Below, piece by piece: positions 10,474 to 19,619 of a stretch of 64,000 nt of DNA. Numbering within the stretch: position 1 is the stretch's first letter; the number at the start of each line of letters is the position of its first letter. The position numbers and the translations under genes were made by a program. The stretch is from the NCBI GenBank assembly GCA_030524135.1, contig JAUNHA010000006.1:2087-66086 (forward strand). The letters are read 5' to 3'. The DNA is from Eubacteriales bacterium. Lineage in GTDB: Bacteria > Bacillota > Clostridia > Lachnospirales > Lachnospiraceae. Under the pieces are notes generated by a model that did no database searches, was not told the origin of the DNA, and saw only the letters and a list, made by a program, of their open reading frames with translations.

Positions 10474-11368
10474 ATATATGCTGGCACTCGCGCAGACCGG
10501 ATCTATCACCAAAACCGCCGGACAGTTTTTTGTTTCCCCTTCCGCCATCAGCCAGTGCCTGAAAAATGAGGAGCAGCAGATCGGTCAGAAGCTGTTTGAA
10601 CGAAGCAATCAGAAAATGATCCCCACTGCTGCCGGGCTTATTTATCTCGAAGGCGCCGAAAAAATACTTGCCATACGGCAGACCGCTTATGAGCGCCTGC
10701 ACATTGCCGCAAAAAGACTTCGCGCACCCCTTCGGATTGCATTTCCTTCCATGCTTTCCTCTGCCATTTCCGACGTTATCGCGCCGGCTTTGGACCAGTC
10801 GTTTCCTGATATGGACCTCCAGTACATTTGTGCCGATTCCCTCTCCGGAATCGCCTATCTCCAAAACAATCTTGCCGACTTCGCGCTGCTGGCAATGCCG
10901 GCACGGCAGGACCCATTCATCCATCAGCTGCCGCTCGGAACCGGTCAGCTCCTTCTGGTCATTCCAAAGGCTTATCTGAGGGGAAAGATCGCAGGGGACG
11001 AACCGTCTCTGGAAGAATGCAGTTCCATTCCGTTTATTCTGCTGAAAAAAGGAACCGGTGCACGCGAATGCGTGGACCGCTTCCTGAACAAAAACCATCT
11101 GAGTCTGGGCAGAATCTATGATGTAAACAATCACCTCACCGCCCTTAAATTTCTGGAGGACGGAAAAGGCGCCGCGTTCCTTCCCGATATCCTGATTTCT
11201 CCCGATATCCGGCAGCACTTTTTCATTCTTTCCCTTACGCCGCCGCTGTATTTTCAGTACGCTCTCGCCTGGCCGCTCCGCAATACCATCGGCGCACTCC
11301 AGCCGCAGATCTCACAGATGATCGCGAAGGTCTGGAACAGCGGTTCGCCGGCAGCGCTCCCGGAATGA
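10454..11368 (+). CDS. LysR family transcriptional regulator (second of a tandem pair)
   Basis: ORF 10409.. trimmed to ATG 10454 (MNVTNFEYMLALAQTGSITKTAGQFFVSPSAISQ). It overlaps the stop of the upstream LysR gene by 20 nt. Confidence 0.8.
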   Translation: MNVTNFEYMLALAQTGSITKTAGQFFVSPSAISQCLKNEEQQIGQKLFERSNQKMIPTAAGLIYLEGAEKILAIRQTAYERLHIAAKRLRAPLRIAFPSMLSSAISDVIAPALDQSFPDMDLQYICADSLSGIAYLQNNLADFALLAMPARQDPFIHQLPLGTGQLLLVIPKAYLRGKIAGDEPSLEECSSIPFILLKKGTGARECVDRFLNKNHLSLGRIYDVNNHLTALKFLEDGKGAAFLPDILISPDIRQHFFILSLTPPLYFQYALAWPLRNTIGALQPQISQMIAKVWNSGSPAALPE

Positions 11369-11421
11369 GTTCCCGCCGCAGGGAGCGCTGCGAAGCAGCT
11401 GCACGGCATCGCCCGATCTGC

Positions 11422-11850
11422 TTAATCTCTGATCTCCAGAACATCACAGGCTATGCGGATCGCATCCTCGATGCAGCCGGGACAGCTTCGAAGCATCGTG
11501 CCTGTTTCTACACCTTTTAAGTCTTTGCACATGATTGCCTTGTTCTTTTCCTCAAAACGGCGGATCATTTCCTTTGTCAGCTTATACGTTGCGCCCTTGG
11601 TCGATTTTGACGGATCTCCATTGCTGTTGAGAAGTCCTGCCGCTGCAACGGCGCCGGAAAGCGCTCCGCAGGTATTCTGCATATTTCCCATACCCAGTCC
11701 AAAGCCTTCCATGATCTTATAAAGTGCGGTTTTGTCAATTTCCGGCGAAAGCTTATCCTCCAGTGCGTATACCACCGCCTGTGCGCAGTTTCCGCCTTCG
11801 GCACGCAGCCTAAAAGCCGCTTCAATTCTTTCTTCTACTGTCATTTCCAT
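11422..11850 (-). CDS. C_GCAxxG_C_C family redox-type protein
   Basis: 142 aa with GGNCAQAV, CGALSG and CPGC motifs characteristic of the family. Confidence 0.75.
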   Translation of the reverse strand: MEMTVEERIEAAFRLRAEGGNCAQAVVYALEDKLSPEIDKTALYKIMEGFGLGMGNMQNTCGALSGAVAAAGLLNSNGDPSKSTKGATYKLTKEMIRRFEEKNKAIMCKDLKGVETGTMLRSCPGCIEDAIRIACDVLEIRD

Positions 11851-11914
11851 CTTCCCTTTCCTGAAATATATATTCTGTATTTATCCGTTCTTCATACGGT
11901 CAGTTTATATGCTT

Positions 11915-12793
11915 TTAAATGCATGCATCAAATGAGGCGGCATTTCTGCGCCCGGAAAGCTCCCAGAACGCCACCGCGCTCGCTGCAGCTACATTCAGTG
12001 AATCCACGCCGTGAAACATCGGGATGCGAACCGTATAATCACAGGCTCCGATCGTCCCGGGCATAAGCCCCTCTCCTTCTGTGCCAAGCACAATTGCAAG
12101 ACGACCGGCATGGCTCAGCCTTTCATCATCTATCCCGAGCGCTTCTTCGGAAAGTGCCATAGCTGCCGTCCGAAAGCCAAGCTCCCGCAGCATGGAGATC
12201 GCCGGTTCCGGCCAGCGCGTCTCCACCTCCTGATCAAGATAAGTCCACGGGATCTGAAATACCGTTCCCATACTCACCCGCGCCGCTCTGCGATAAAGCG
12301 GATCACTGCATGCCCGCGTCAGAAGCACGGCATCCATGCCAAGTGCCGCTGCGCTGCGGAAGATCGCCCCGACATTTGTCGGGTTAACAACATTTTCCAG
12401 GATCGTGATCCGCTTTGCATCCCGGCAGAGCATTTCGACAGGTGATAAGGCCTTTCTTCGCATGGCACAGAGCATGCCCCTCGTCAGCTGAAATCCGGTG
12501 AGCTTTGTCAGCACCCCGGTCTCCGCAGTGAAGACCGGAATATCTTTCAGGCGCTGCAGAAGTAATCCGGTCTCTGTAGTGCCGCTGTCTGTTTCATTCA
12601 GCTGTCTTTTTTCGATCAGCGCGGATACCGGCTCATACCCCGCCGCAAGCGCCCTTTCGATCACCTTCGGACTTTCCGCAATAAATATCCCTGCTGCCGG
12701 CTCATAATAGTGCCGCAGCTCCGGCTCGGAAAGCCGTGCATAAATATCCAGCTCCGGCGCCGAAAGTTCTTTTATCTCTATGATATCCGGCAT
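11915..12793 (-). CDS. TrmH/SpoU family RNA 2'-O-methyltransferase
   Basis: 292 aa. SpoU-type C-terminal motifs (NVGAIFRSAAA, IVLGTEGEGL, IPMFHGVDSLNVAAA). Confidence 0.8.
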   Translation of the reverse strand: MPDIIEIKELSAPELDIYARLSEPELRHYYEPAAGIFIAESPKVIERALAAGYEPVSALIEKRQLNETDSGTTETGLLLQRLKDIPVFTAETGVLTKLTGFQLTRGMLCAMRRKALSPVEMLCRDAKRITILENVVNPTNVGAIFRSAAALGMDAVLLTRACSDPLYRRAARVSMGTVFQIPWTYLDQEVETRWPEPAISMLRELGFRTAAMALSEEALGIDDERLSHAGRLAIVLGTEGEGLMPGTIGACDYTVRIPMFHGVDSLNVAAASAVAFWELSGRRNAASFDACI

Positions 12794-12915
12794 CCCGCAT
12801 CGCCTCCTGCCGCATAAATTTTTTCCTTTTTTCTTTATTACGACCTTTATTTGTGCTATGATAAGGGATCATAGTCGGGGCTCTGCGCCCTTCATTCATT
12901 GTATTATATCATAGT

Positions 12916-13404
12916 ATGAAAAAATTAACACCCGATGAAAAATTCATGCGGCAAGCTATAAAAGAAGCCGAAAAAGCCGCTGCGATAGAGGAAGTACCGA
13001 TCGGATGCGTCATTGTCCGGGAAGGAAAGATCATTGCCCGCGGATACAACAAGCGTACGCGTGCCGGCAATGTGCTCGCGCATGCGGAGATCCTCGCAAT
13101 CAACAAGGCCTGCAGAAAATGCGGCGACTGGCGGCTTGAAGACTGTACGCTTTATGTAACGCTTGAGCCCTGCCCGATGTGTGCAGGCGCGATCGTACAG
13201 GCCCGGATCCCCCGCGTCGTGATCGGCTGCATGAACCCGAAGGCGGGATGTGCGGGATCCATTCTCGACATGCTGCATGAAGACCGCTTCAATCATCAGG
13301 TCGAAACGGACACCGGCGTACTCGGGGACGTATGCAGCCAGATGATGAAGGATTTTTTCCGGGCGCTGCGGCAAAAAGAAAAAGAGCGAAGAAAGGAAAA
13401 CTGA
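12916..13404 (+). CDS. tadA: tRNA adenosine(34) deaminase
   Basis: 162 aa. Deaminase zinc motifs HAEILAI and PCPMCAGA. Confidence 0.9.
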   Translation: MKKLTPDEKFMRQAIKEAEKAAAIEEVPIGCVIVREGKIIARGYNKRTRAGNVLAHAEILAINKACRKCGDWRLEDCTLYVTLEPCPMCAGAIVQARIPRVVIGCMNPKAGCAGSILDMLHEDRFNHQVETDTGVLGDVCSQMMKDFFRALRQKEKERRKEN

Positions 13405-13408
13405 CCAT

Positions 13409-14614
13409 ATGACGGAACAGATCACACTTACAAAGGAACAGGCTCAGGATCTTATTAAGGAATACGGCTCTCCGCTTTATGTTTATGATGAAGCCATTCT
13501 GAGAAAACGCTGCAGGGAAATGAAATCCCTGCTTCCCCTTCCAAACTATGTGCCGTTTTACAGCGTCAAGGCAAACTCCAATCTGGAGCTTCTGAAAATT
13601 ATCCGCGAGGAGGGATTTCATGCTGATGCCATGTCTCCTGGTGAAATTCTGCTCGAAGAGGCAGCCGGTTTTTCAACGGATGAGATCTTTATGGTGACCA
13701 ACAACATTTCCGATGCGGAAATTCAGTTTTCCATTGATCACGGCATTCTGATGAGCGCGGATTCCATCTCCCAGATGGAGCGCTACGGTATGTTGAATCC
13801 GGGCGGAGAAATTGCTGTCCGCCTGAACCCCGGCATCGGAACCGGTCATGACGATAAGGTCGTGACCGGAGGCAGCTGCAAATTCGGTACGGAGTTCAAA
13901 TATATCCCCAGAATAAAGGAGATCGCCGCCAAATATGATCTTCACATCGTTGGAATCAACCAGCACGTCGGATCGCTTTTTCTCTCCGGAGAAGTGTTTT
14001 TCGAAGCCTGCCGGCGCCTGCTTTCTGTCGCGTCTGAATTCCCGGAGCTTCGCATCATTGATTTCGGCGGTGGGTTTGGCGTCCCCTATGAAGGCGAAGC
14101 CCGCCTTGACATTGCCCGGTTTTCTTCGGAATTTACGGAACTCATTACGGATTTTCTGAAAACCTATCCAAATCAGGATGTACATTTTCATACGGAAGCC
14201 GGCCGTTATCTCGTTGCGGAATGCTGCGAGCTTCTCGGTACGGTACAGTGCAGGAAAGAGGTCTGCGGCGTAAACTATGTCGGAACCGATATCGGCTTTA
14301 ATGTATTGATCCGCCCGGTCCTCTATGATGCATATCATGAGATCGAGGTATTTAACGATGCGATTCAGAATGAATGCGTCACCGTTGTCGGAGATATCTG
14401 CGAGAGCGGAGACATCCTGGCTAAGGACAGAAGCCTGCCTGTGACCGTACACGGCGATATCATCGGCGTCAAAAATGCCGGCGCCTACGGTTACTCCATG
14501 GCCTCTAATTACAACTCCCGCCTGCGCCCGGCAGAGGTGCTTATCGGTATGGATGGCAATACACGGCTGATCCGGAAACGGGATACCTATCTCGATCTTC
14601 TGTCACAAATGTAA
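13409..14614 (+). CDS. PLP-dependent group IV decarboxylase, diaminopimelate decarboxylase-like
   Basis: 401 aa. Alanine-racemase-fold N-terminus (YSVKANSN PLP-lysine region), GGGFG motif and CESGD near the C-terminus. Confidence 0.7.
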   Translation: MTEQITLTKEQAQDLIKEYGSPLYVYDEAILRKRCREMKSLLPLPNYVPFYSVKANSNLELLKIIREEGFHADAMSPGEILLEEAAGFSTDEIFMVTNNISDAEIQFSIDHGILMSADSISQMERYGMLNPGGEIAVRLNPGIGTGHDDKVVTGGSCKFGTEFKYIPRIKEIAAKYDLHIVGINQHVGSLFLSGEVFFEACRRLLSVASEFPELRIIDFGGGFGVPYEGEARLDIARFSSEFTELITDFLKTYPNQDVHFHTEAGRYLVAECCELLGTVQCRKEVCGVNYVGTDIGFNVLIRPVLYDAYHEIEVFNDAIQNECVTVVGDICESGDILAKDRSLPVTVHGDIIGVKNAGAYGYSMASNYNSRLRPAEVLIGMDGNTRLIRKRDTYLDLLSQM

Positions 14615-14696
14615 AAACACGGCAATTCCTTTGCCGCTCACCCTAACTACCAACGCCGGATGCGTTCTGCATGCGGCGATTTGTCTGGAGAAATAA

Positions 14697-15494
14697 ATGA
14701 TATTTGATACACATGCCCATTATGACAGCCGCGAATTTGATGCGGACCGCGCAGAACTGCTTCAGAGCCTTAACGCCTCCGGCATCGCGAAGGTATGCAA
14801 CGTCGGTGCAAGAATGGAAGGCTCACGCAACAGTGTCGCCCTTTCCGAGCAATATGACTTCTTTTATGCAGCCTGCGGCATTCATCCGGATGACTGCGGG
14901 GAAATGAACGACGCCTGGATCGACGAGCTGCGCGATATGGTTCTTTCTCATAAAAAAGTCGTGGCGATCGGCGAAATCGGTCTGGATTACCACGGTTTTG
15001 GTGTCTATGAAAACAAGGTGGATAAGGAAACCCAGCAAAAATGGTTCCGCCGCCAGCTTTCACTTGCCATCGAACTCGGATATCCCGTCATCATTCATTC
15101 AAGAAATGCCGCCGAAGATACGCTTTCCATTATGCGGGAAGCGCACGAAAACGGGCTTACCGGCGGCATTATCCACTGTTTTTCCTACAGTCAGGAAACC
15201 GCGAAGGAATATGTAAAGATGGGCTTTTATCTGGGGTTTGGAGGCGTCGTGACCTACGAGGGTCAGCGGAAGCTCACAAAGGTGCTTTCTGTCACCCCGA
15301 TCGAACAGATCGTGCTCGAAACGGACTGTCCGTATCTTGCTCCGGCGCCGCACCGGTATGAACGCAATTCCTCTCTATATCTCCCGCTTGTCCGGGATAA
15401 GATCGCAGAGATCAAGGGTATCTCCCCGGAAGAAGTTGAGCGCGTTACCTGGGAAAACGCGCATAAAGTTTACCGTTTGAATTCTGAAGCATAG
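14697..15494 (+). CDS. tatD: TatD family metal-dependent hydrolase
   Basis: 265 aa. FDTHAH start, EIGLDYH, IHSR and ETDCPYL motifs. Confidence 0.9.
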   Translation: MIFDTHAHYDSREFDADRAELLQSLNASGIAKVCNVGARMEGSRNSVALSEQYDFFYAACGIHPDDCGEMNDAWIDELRDMVLSHKKVVAIGEIGLDYHGFGVYENKVDKETQQKWFRRQLSLAIELGYPVIIHSRNAAEDTLSIMREAHENGLTGGIIHCFSYSQETAKEYVKMGFYLGFGGVVTYEGQRKLTKVLSVTPIEQIVLETDCPYLAPAPHRYERNSSLYLPLVRDKIAEIKGISPEEVERVTWENAHKVYRLNSEA

Positions 15495-15506
15495 GCTCGG
15501 AACGGC

Positions 15507-15535
15507 TTGACAGTCTCGATTTTATTATATATACT
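15507..15535 (+). promoter_or_regulatory. sigma-A promoter of the SRP RNA gene
   Basis: TTGACA (15507-15512), 17-bp spacer, TATACT (15530-15535), placed 6-8 nt before the RNA 5' end. Confidence 0.7.
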
Positions 15536-15540
15536 TAAAT

Positions 15541-15804
15541 CTCACGCAGCCGGGGAGATAGCGGTGCCCTGTATCTGCAATCCGCTTTAGCAGAGGTGAT
15601 GCCCTGCCCAGGGTATTTCATCGCATAGCCGCCCTTTTTCGTAGGTGTTGAAGCCGGGGTCCCGCGCAATAGGAATCTGTGAACCGTGTCAGGGTAGGAA
15701 TACAGCAGCACTAAGCAGAACCTTCTATGTGCCGTGGGGTTGCCTTAGCGGAGCTTCCGGAAAAGGTAGCGTGTGTCTTGAATATTCAAAGCAGGGCGCG
15801 TGGC
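15541..15804 (+). ncRNA. ffs: signal recognition particle RNA, long Bacillus type with Alu domain
   Basis: Long stretches match my recollection of the B. subtilis scRNA: GGGGAGATAGCGGTGCCCTGTATCTGCAATCCGCTTTAGCAG and GGGTCCCGCGCAATAGGAATCTGTGAACCGTGTCAGGGTAGGAATACAGCAGCACTAAGCAGAACCTTCTATGTGCCGTGGGGTTGCC. The 5' CACGC and 3' GCGTG can close the molecule. The ends are approximate. Confidence 0.85.
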
Positions 15805-15850
15805 ATTAAAAGCGGCATAAAAACCCAGTGAGCCGAGAGCCCGCAGGGCG

Positions 15851-15990
15851 AAGGTGACACGCCAGGTTTTTAGCCCATCTGCCGACAGCGCAGCGAGGCA
15901 GATGTTCCTTGTCGAAGGGCAATGAGGAACGCCTGGCTTTAGCCCATCTGCCGACAGCGCAGCGAGGCAGATGTTCCTTGCCGACAATCT
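15851..15990 (+). repeat. tandem duplication of a ~70-bp unit, each copy with an 8-bp-stem hairpin
   Basis: An identical 43-nt core, TTTAGCCCATCTGCCGACAGCGCAGCGAGGCAGATGTTCCTTG, occurs at 15869-15911 and 15938-15980. The stem is CATCTGCC/GGCAGATG. Confidence 0.85.
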
Positions 15991-16006
15991 ATAACACCGT
16001 AACCAG

Positions 16007-16036
16007 AACCGCCATCCTCTGACAGGCGGTTTTTTC
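16007..16036 (+). terminator. rho-independent terminator downstream of SRP RNA and the repeats
   Basis: Stem AACCGCC (16007-16013) / GGCGGTT (16025-16031), followed by a T run. Confidence 0.7.
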
Positions 16037-16094
16037 ATATCATAATCCGCGGCTTTTCTGACACAATGACAAAACGCCGCCCGCAGGAGCACTT

Positions 16095-16961
16095 ATGAAT
16101 TTTCAGGATAAGCTCATTAACCCGCAGAATACGATCGCATTGATCAAAGAATACGAATTCAGCTTCAAAAAACGCTTCGGTCAGAACTTTCTGATTGATG
16201 CTCATGTGCTGGAAAAAATCATCAGCGGAGCCGGAATCGGAAAAGAAGATACCGTGCTCGAAATCGGTCCGGGTATCGGTACGCTCACACAGGCATTGTG
16301 CGAGGCTGCCGGCAACGTTATTGCAGTCGAAATTGACCATGATCTGATTCCGATCCTCGACAGGACTCTCGCCGCTTATGACAACGTCCGTGTGATCAAT
16401 GAGGATATCCTGAAGCTTGACCTTGCAGCACTCTCCAAAAAACCGCTGAAGGTCGTTGCCAATCTTCCCTATTACATCACGACACCGATCATTATGGGAC
16501 TCTTTGAGAGCGGCGCTCCCCTCAAAAGCATTACCGTCATGGTACAGAAAGAAGTAGCCGACCGCATGCAGGCTGCTCCCGGCGGTAAGGATTACGGTGC
16601 GCTCTCTCTTGCCGTACAATACTATTCCAGCCCGGAGATTATCGCAAATGTACCGCCGAACTGCTTTATTCCCCGCCCAAATGTAGGTTCTGCAGTTATC
16701 AATCTGATAAAGCATGAAGTTCCGCCGGTTACGCCGGAGGATCCGGATTTCATGTTCCGCATCATCAAAACAGCTTTTTCTCAGCGCCGTAAAACGCTTG
16801 TCAACACACTGCGCAGCGACCGGGAACTCGGATTTTCAAAGGAACAGCTGGAAACGGTGATAAAGGACATGGGGCTGTCTGAGACCATTCGCGGCGAACG
16901 GCTTTCCCTTGCGGAGTTTGCCGGACTTTCGGACAGACTGCTGGAACTAAAAAAAGTGTAA
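16095..16961 (+). CDS. rsmA: 16S rRNA (adenine1518/1519-N6)-dimethyltransferase
   Basis: 288 aa. Motifs FGQNFL, SAM-binding VLEIGPGIGTLT, and NLPYYITTPI. Confidence 0.95.
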   Translation: MNFQDKLINPQNTIALIKEYEFSFKKRFGQNFLIDAHVLEKIISGAGIGKEDTVLEIGPGIGTLTQALCEAAGNVIAVEIDHDLIPILDRTLAAYDNVRVINEDILKLDLAALSKKPLKVVANLPYYITTPIIMGLFESGAPLKSITVMVQKEVADRMQAAPGGKDYGALSLAVQYYSSPEIIANVPPNCFIPRPNVGSAVINLIKHEVPPVTPEDPDFMFRIIKTAFSQRRKTLVNTLRSDRELGFSKEQLETVIKDMGLSETIRGERLSLAEFAGLSDRLLELKKV

Positions 16962-17076
16962 TATACCTTTTACGCATAGTACAGATTGTGATTTAAGCAT
17001 TTGTTATTTTCTTCCCTCCAGGATACAATACACTCTGAAGAGCAATTTCAGATTTGTTTCCCGGAGGTGTTTTGAT

Positions 17077-18063
17077 ATGGAAGAAAAACTGGTTTTGACA
17101 CAGGAATGGGATAAGACATTTCCTCAGAATGATAAGGTTGACCACTCCAAGGTAACGTTTCACAATCGTTATGGAATTACGCTGGCTGCTGATCTGTACA
17201 AGCCGAAAAACGCTGACGGCAGGCTGCCTGCGATCGCGGTATGCGGTCCGTTCGGCGCGGTAAAGGAACAGGCCTCCGGTCTCTATGCACAGACGATGGC
17301 TGAACGGGGATTCCTGACGATTGCGTTTGATCCCTCCTTTACCGGTGAGAGCGGCGGAACGCCCCGTTATATGGCTTCCCCGGATATTAACACGGAAGAC
17401 TTTCAGGCAGCGGTGGACTACCTTTCTTTAAGAGAGGATGTGGATCCGGAAAAGATCGGAATCATCGGAATCTGCGGATGGGGTGGCATGGCTTTAAACG
17501 CCGCGGCGCTCGATACACGCATTAAAGCCACGGTAGCTTCCACCATGTACGATATGACCCGCGTGAATGCAAAGGGTTATTTTGATGCGGAAGACAGTGA
17601 GGAAGCCCGCTATGAAAAGAAAAAAGCGCTGAATGCACAGAGGATTTTGGACTACAAAAACGGAACCTATGCGCTTGGCGGCGGTGTGGCGGAGGAAGTG
17701 CCGGATGACGCTCCCTTCTTCGTAAAAGACTATCACGCCTATTACAAGACAAAACGGGGATATCACGCACGGTCCCTCAATTCCAACGGCGGCTGGAATG
17801 TAACAGGATGCATGTCCTTCCTGAATCAGCCCATCCTTCAGTACAGCAATGAGATCCGCTCCGCTGTCCTTATCATGCACGGAGAAAAGGCGCATTCCTG
17901 CTACTTCAGCCGGGATGCCTATGCCAATATGATGAACGGTAATCCGAACCCGGACAATAAGGAGCTGCTTATTATCCCGGATGCAGTGCACACAGATCTG
18001 TATGACAGAACTGATGTGATCCCGTTTGGCAGACTGGCAGAGTTTTTCCACAAATACATGTAA
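17077..18063 (+). CDS. alpha/beta hydrolase (dienelactone-hydrolase-like, Cys nucleophile)
   Basis: 328 aa. Nucleophile elbow GICGWGG and a C-terminal HTDLY histidine region. Confidence 0.65.
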   Translation: MEEKLVLTQEWDKTFPQNDKVDHSKVTFHNRYGITLAADLYKPKNADGRLPAIAVCGPFGAVKEQASGLYAQTMAERGFLTIAFDPSFTGESGGTPRYMASPDINTEDFQAAVDYLSLREDVDPEKIGIIGICGWGGMALNAAALDTRIKATVASTMYDMTRVNAKGYFDAEDSEEARYEKKKALNAQRILDYKNGTYALGGGVAEEVPDDAPFFVKDYHAYYKTKRGYHARSLNSNGGWNVTGCMSFLNQPILQYSNEIRSAVLIMHGEKAHSCYFSRDAYANMMNGNPNPDNKELLIIPDAVHTDLYDRTDVIPFGRLAEFFHKYM

Positions 18064-18077
18064 TGAGGTAACTATCT

Positions 18078-18755
18078 ATGAACAAACCCTATATCATCTG
18101 CCACATGATGACCTCCGTTGACGGACGCATCGACTGCGGCATGACTGAAAAGCTTGCAGGCGTAAAGGAATACTATGAAATTCTGGAACAGCTGAACCTC
18201 CCGACAACCGTAAGCGGAAAGGTAACAGCCCGGCTCGAAATGGCCGAAGCCGGAGAATTTATACCGCAGCATTATGAAGCCTTTGGAAAAGAAGGTTTTT
18301 CCAAAAAAACCGCTTCGGACGGCTATACCGTTGTCACCGACAGCAAAGGTGAGCTGCTGTGGGGCAATGCTGTCGAAAATGAAATGCCGCTTCTGATTAT
18401 TACCAGCGAGCAGGTCAGCAAGGAATATCTTGCGTATCTGGACGCACAGAATATTTCATGGATCGTCTGCGGTGAGAAGAAGATCGATCTCATCAGAGCA
18501 TCGGAAATCCTGGCAGCCGAGTTCAGCGTTCAAAGGATGGGAATCGTAGGCGGCGGAACGATCAATGCAGGCTTCCTGGATGCCGGTCTTTTGGATGAGA
18601 TCAGCATGCTGGTCGCGCCGGGAATAGACGGCCGGGGCGGTATGGCGGCTTCCTTTGACGGACTTGCCATGGACAAAGAGCCGGTATGCCTGCAGTTAGA
18701 AAGTGCCGTGCCGTATGAAGACGGAGCAGTCTGGCTGCGCTACCGGATCAAATAA
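18078..18755 (+). CDS. RibD C-terminal/dihydrofolate-reductase-like family protein
   Basis: 225 aa. N-terminal ICHMMTSVDGRI and the GGGTINAGFL pattern typical of RibD_C-fold reductases. Confidence 0.65.
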   Translation: MNKPYIICHMMTSVDGRIDCGMTEKLAGVKEYYEILEQLNLPTTVSGKVTARLEMAEAGEFIPQHYEAFGKEGFSKKTASDGYTVVTDSKGELLWGNAVENEMPLLIITSEQVSKEYLAYLDAQNISWIVCGEKKIDLIRASEILAAEFSVQRMGIVGGGTINAGFLDAGLLDEISMLVAPGIDGRGGMAASFDGLAMDKEPVCLQLESAVPYEDGAVWLRYRIK

Positions 18756-18827
18756 AAGCGGATATGAAAATCAGCGCCGGCAAAGGTGCATAAAATAAAG
18801 CATGACGGATTTTATTCCAGTCATGCT

Positions 18828-19601
18828 TTATCGATTCCCCAGGTATACCAGCAGATAAAAGAAAGCCAGATGCAGCGGATACAGGAGATAGAAGAAATAT
18901 TTTAACGGCGCTGTTCCACGCTTTCCGTTATAAAACCGCAGGGGGATAAATGCCAGTGCCGCAGTGCAATAATAGCTGAGCCCGTCGATCGCCGCAATCA
19001 CCGCACCGAAAATCAGCTTTGCCGATTCGTCTTTTCTAAGCAGCCACATCACCGAGATCATGCCAACGCCTACCGCACCGTAATCGCAGCGGATCAGCCC
19101 TGCCAGTGCAGATACTGCACCGCCGGCAAGGATCGTTACGATCCCCGGCAGCTTCGATGTTTTTTTCATCAGCCACATGGATACAAGCCCCAAAAGGAGC
19201 GTAAAGCAAACATTCTGATAGTACGGATAATACGCGGTATGGAAACAGGCCAGGTCAAACGGCACCTCAGATATCAGCGCACAGATCAGCATATTCCGCA
19301 TATAGGCCCTCAGATTTTTCGTATGGATAAATCCCTCAACAAGCATATATGCAAAAATCGGGAATGCAAGCCGGCCGATCGTCCGCAGAATACGTGCCAG
19401 CAGATACCAGCGCTGGCCCTCGTCAGTCGCAAGCGCAAGTGTCCAGTATTCTGCATTTCTTCCGTAAAGCACACCATTTTCGATCAGAACATAGCCAATA
19501 TGATCGCAAAGCATGCAGAAACAGGCAATCAGCTTCAGCTGGTTGCCTGTAAATCCGCTCATTCTTCTCTTTTTAAACTCGAGTTTTGCCGCTCTTGCCA
19601 T
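18828..19601 (-). CDS. TraX family membrane protein
   Basis: 257 aa polytopic protein. The N-terminus LKLIACFCMLCDHIG is typical of TraX-family proteins. Confidence 0.7.
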   Translation of the reverse strand: MARAAKLEFKKRRMSGFTGNQLKLIACFCMLCDHIGYVLIENGVLYGRNAEYWTLALATDEGQRWYLLARILRTIGRLAFPIFAYMLVEGFIHTKNLRAYMRNMLICALISEVPFDLACFHTAYYPYYQNVCFTLLLGLVSMWLMKKTSKLPGIVTILAGGAVSALAGLIRCDYGAVGVGMISVMWLLRKDESAKLIFGAVIAAIDGLSYYCTAALAFIPLRFYNGKRGTAPLKYFFYLLYPLHLAFFYLLVYLGNR

Positions 19602-19619
19602 AATTACCCAACAATTTCA

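Noticed and set aside
10370-11218. The 282-aa minus-strand ORF here, and similar long antisense ORFs at 6806..7663, 13673..14452 and 35332..36141.
   Set aside because: Each lies antisense to a motif-supported gene and lacks a start context.
15745-16715. Minus-strand ORFs at 15745..16092 and 16035..16715.
   Set aside because: The first is generated by the SRP-trailer tandem repeat and is visibly internally duplicated. The second is antisense to rsmA.
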